The position numbers were made by a program, and so were the translations under genes. A stretch of 63,104 nucleotides of DNA, the filler included. It is 7 parts of 7 records of this genome, joined end to end, with 100 filler letters (N's around TTAATTAATTAA, not from the genome) between each part and the next. Parts side by side here need not be neighbours in the genome. Positions count along the whole stretch, not along the records: positions 58,606 to 63,104 come from SRR20825010_1590; 6 more parts are not named here. One strand, given 5' to 3'. Positions within the stretch are counted from its first letter, which is position 1. Each line of letters begins with the position of its first letter. The notes beneath the pieces were generated by a model. The model saw nothing but the letters and a program-made list of their open reading frames with translations. It was not told the origin of the DNA and made no database searches. Positions 61,823-63,104 of the stretch are shown here, piece by piece.

Positions 61823-61993
61823 TTAGAAAAACAGCTTCACATCATTTGTGAATGATACGCCCGCAATAACGACAATCATCACAAGTATGATCGAACATGG
61901 GTAATAGCCCCACCTGCGGCTAAAGGACCAGATTGGCATGGTCACGACAAATATCGATCCCAAAATCATCAGTATCAGGAATGTAAGCGACAT
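61823..61993 (-). CDS. DUF3309 family small membrane protein
   Basis: TM-P.W.FSR.WGYYP-TM signature; GAGGG RBS before MSLTF. Confidence 0.8.
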   Translation of the reverse strand: MSLTFLILMILGSIFVVTMPIWSFSRRWGYYPCSIILVMIVVIAGVSFTNDVKLFF

Positions 61994-62090
61994 GATGCCC
62001 TCGTTCAATCGAGTGGCCGCCAAGATAAAGAACCTATCCAAACGGAAAAAATTCATTCTTTCATGATTATACAAATTTGAAACCCGTGCA

Positions 62091-62104
62091 CTGATCTGTG
62101 TTTA
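62091..62104. promoter_or_regulatory. Putative Crp/Fnr box CTGAT-CTGT-GTTTA
   Basis: Exact copy of the 59723 box; dyad 29.5 bp from TAGAAC (plus, T at 62127) and 28.5 bp from TAATCA (minus, T at 62069). Confidence 0.65.
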
Positions 62105-62416
62105 TTTATCCATCAAAAAACAAAAATAGAACATTCGATAAAATAACCTGATCAGCGTACAATAATATTCAAAACAAAATGAAACATGTGAAATGAAATG
62201 AAAACATCTTCGAACAGGATACTTCACATATCCACGGCACAATCAGAATTTCCGCTTGAAGGCTGTCCGTTCAGCACACCGGTTCCCTTGCCAAAAAAAG
62301 AACCGGACGAAGGATATCCGCTGCGCTCGTAAAATGATTTTGCCCTCCCCGCCGAATGTCCCGCGCACCATCGGACAGGGTCATTGCCGGGGCCACCGCA
62401 AAAGGAGCCTCATGAC

Positions 62417-62782
62417 ATGACGACCATCAGAACAATCCAGAAAACATACGCCTTCCACCACCCTTTCCACCTGAAAGGCTTCGATCACAGCTTCCCGGCG
62501 GGCTCGTACAATGTTGAAACCGAAGAAGAAATGCTCGAAGGGCTGTCTTTCGTTTCCTACAAGCGGACCGGAACCACACTGCATATGATCCGCACGGCAA
62601 CCACCATCATTGAACCAAAAATATTCAATATCGACCCGCGCGATTTCGACCTTGCCGTGCTTCGTGATCGCCATCAATGTGCAGAGGAAACCGAATTGTC
62701 AGACGCGCCATCGATGATGTCGCGCGTCGACAAACTGGCAATTGAAAGAGGCGAAAACGAAGGCATGACGCCCCGTAAATAG
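62417..62782 (+). CDS. Hypothetical protein, paralog of 60913-61293
   Basis: AAGGAG RBS; FHHPFHLKG...PAGSYNVETEEEMLEGLSFVSY; C-terminal AIERGENEGM. Confidence 0.8.
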   Translation: MTTIRTIQKTYAFHHPFHLKGFDHSFPAGSYNVETEEEMLEGLSFVSYKRTGTTLHMIRTATTIIEPKIFNIDPRDFDLAVLRDRHQCAEETELSDAPSMMSRVDKLAIERGENEGMTPRK

Positions 62783-62827
62783 GGACACAAAGGCACCATC
62801 TGCCGCGCCTCTGAATACGCCCAAAAG

Positions 62828-62863
62828 GCAAAACACCGCCCAGTGATACGGGCGGTGTTTTGC
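62828..62863. terminator. Bidirectional terminator
   Basis: GCAAAACACCGCCC-8nt-GGGCGGTGTTTTGC between convergent genes. Confidence 0.8.
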
Positions 62864-62899
62864 TTTGTGCAGGCCATAGTCGAAACCGGCATTTATAAT

Positions 62900-63104
62900 C
62901 TAGCTGGTCGCCGATGCCCGACGATCCGATGGGCGTGCGGGCCGCACAAGGAACGTCCCCGCCACCACACAAGCCAGTGTCACGATCAGTTCCGGCCGCA
63001 ATGTTTCCCCCAGAAGCAACGTGCCCCCCGCAAGACTGGTCAGCGCCATGACATAACCGATCTGGCTGAGGAATACCGGGCCTGCCACACGCTGCAATTC
63101 GAAA
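62900..63104 (-). CDS. DMT/EamA family transporter, C-terminal fragment
   Basis: AGPVFLSQIGYV...G..LLGE.L terminal EamA motif. Confidence 0.8.
   Translation of the reverse strand, partial: FELQRVAGPVFLSQIGYVMALTSLAGGTLLLGETLRPELIVTLACVVAGTFLVRPARPSDRRASATS

Overview
This window is not one locus. It is seven unrelated contigs joined by six artificial 100-bp spacers (44 N + TTAATTAATTAA + 44 N), so no gene neighbourhood crosses a spacer. Taxonomy below is inferred from gene content and composition. (1) 1-8335, Flavobacteriaceae-like: PaaE-type reductase, sprE, bactofilin and the start of the atp operon. (2) 8436-14442, planctomycete: a sulfatase and a triple amidohydrolase fusion. (3) 14543-35249, Rhodopirellula-like: metH, an ECF sigma/Ser-Thr kinase pair, ccsA-hemA, comEC, fhcADC, a phosphohexomutase and many GTAG-REP hairpins. 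(4) 35350-39979, planctomycete (Gimesia-like): a PEP-swivel protein, tRNA-Leu(TAG), mcsA and an oxidoreductase. (5) 40080-52619, Rhodopirellula-like: sulfatase, secDF, yajC, ppnP and a PVC-type heme-c dehydrogenase. (6) 52720-58505, betaproteobacterial: hemA-prfA-prmC-grxD-ubiX. (7) 58606-63104, alphaproteobacterial (Thalassospira-like). The best candidate for an undescribed system is contig 7. A non-FNR Crp/Fnr regulator (recognition helix IHINR, one Cys) is surrounded by seven small, mostly uncharacterised genes. Five intergenic 14-bp near-palindromes (about YTRAY-N4-RTTWN) sit 28.5-29.5 bp from TA-starting -10 hexamers, which is class II activator geometry (-40.5/-41.5). Two of these boxes could serve divergent promoters. 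A second notable signal is a recurring C-rich, anti-Shine-Dalgarno-like leader (CACCTTCC..CCCCACCTC-ATG) before several Rhodopirellula-like catabolic or secreted-protein genes. All calls come from reading motifs by eye; no database searches were run.
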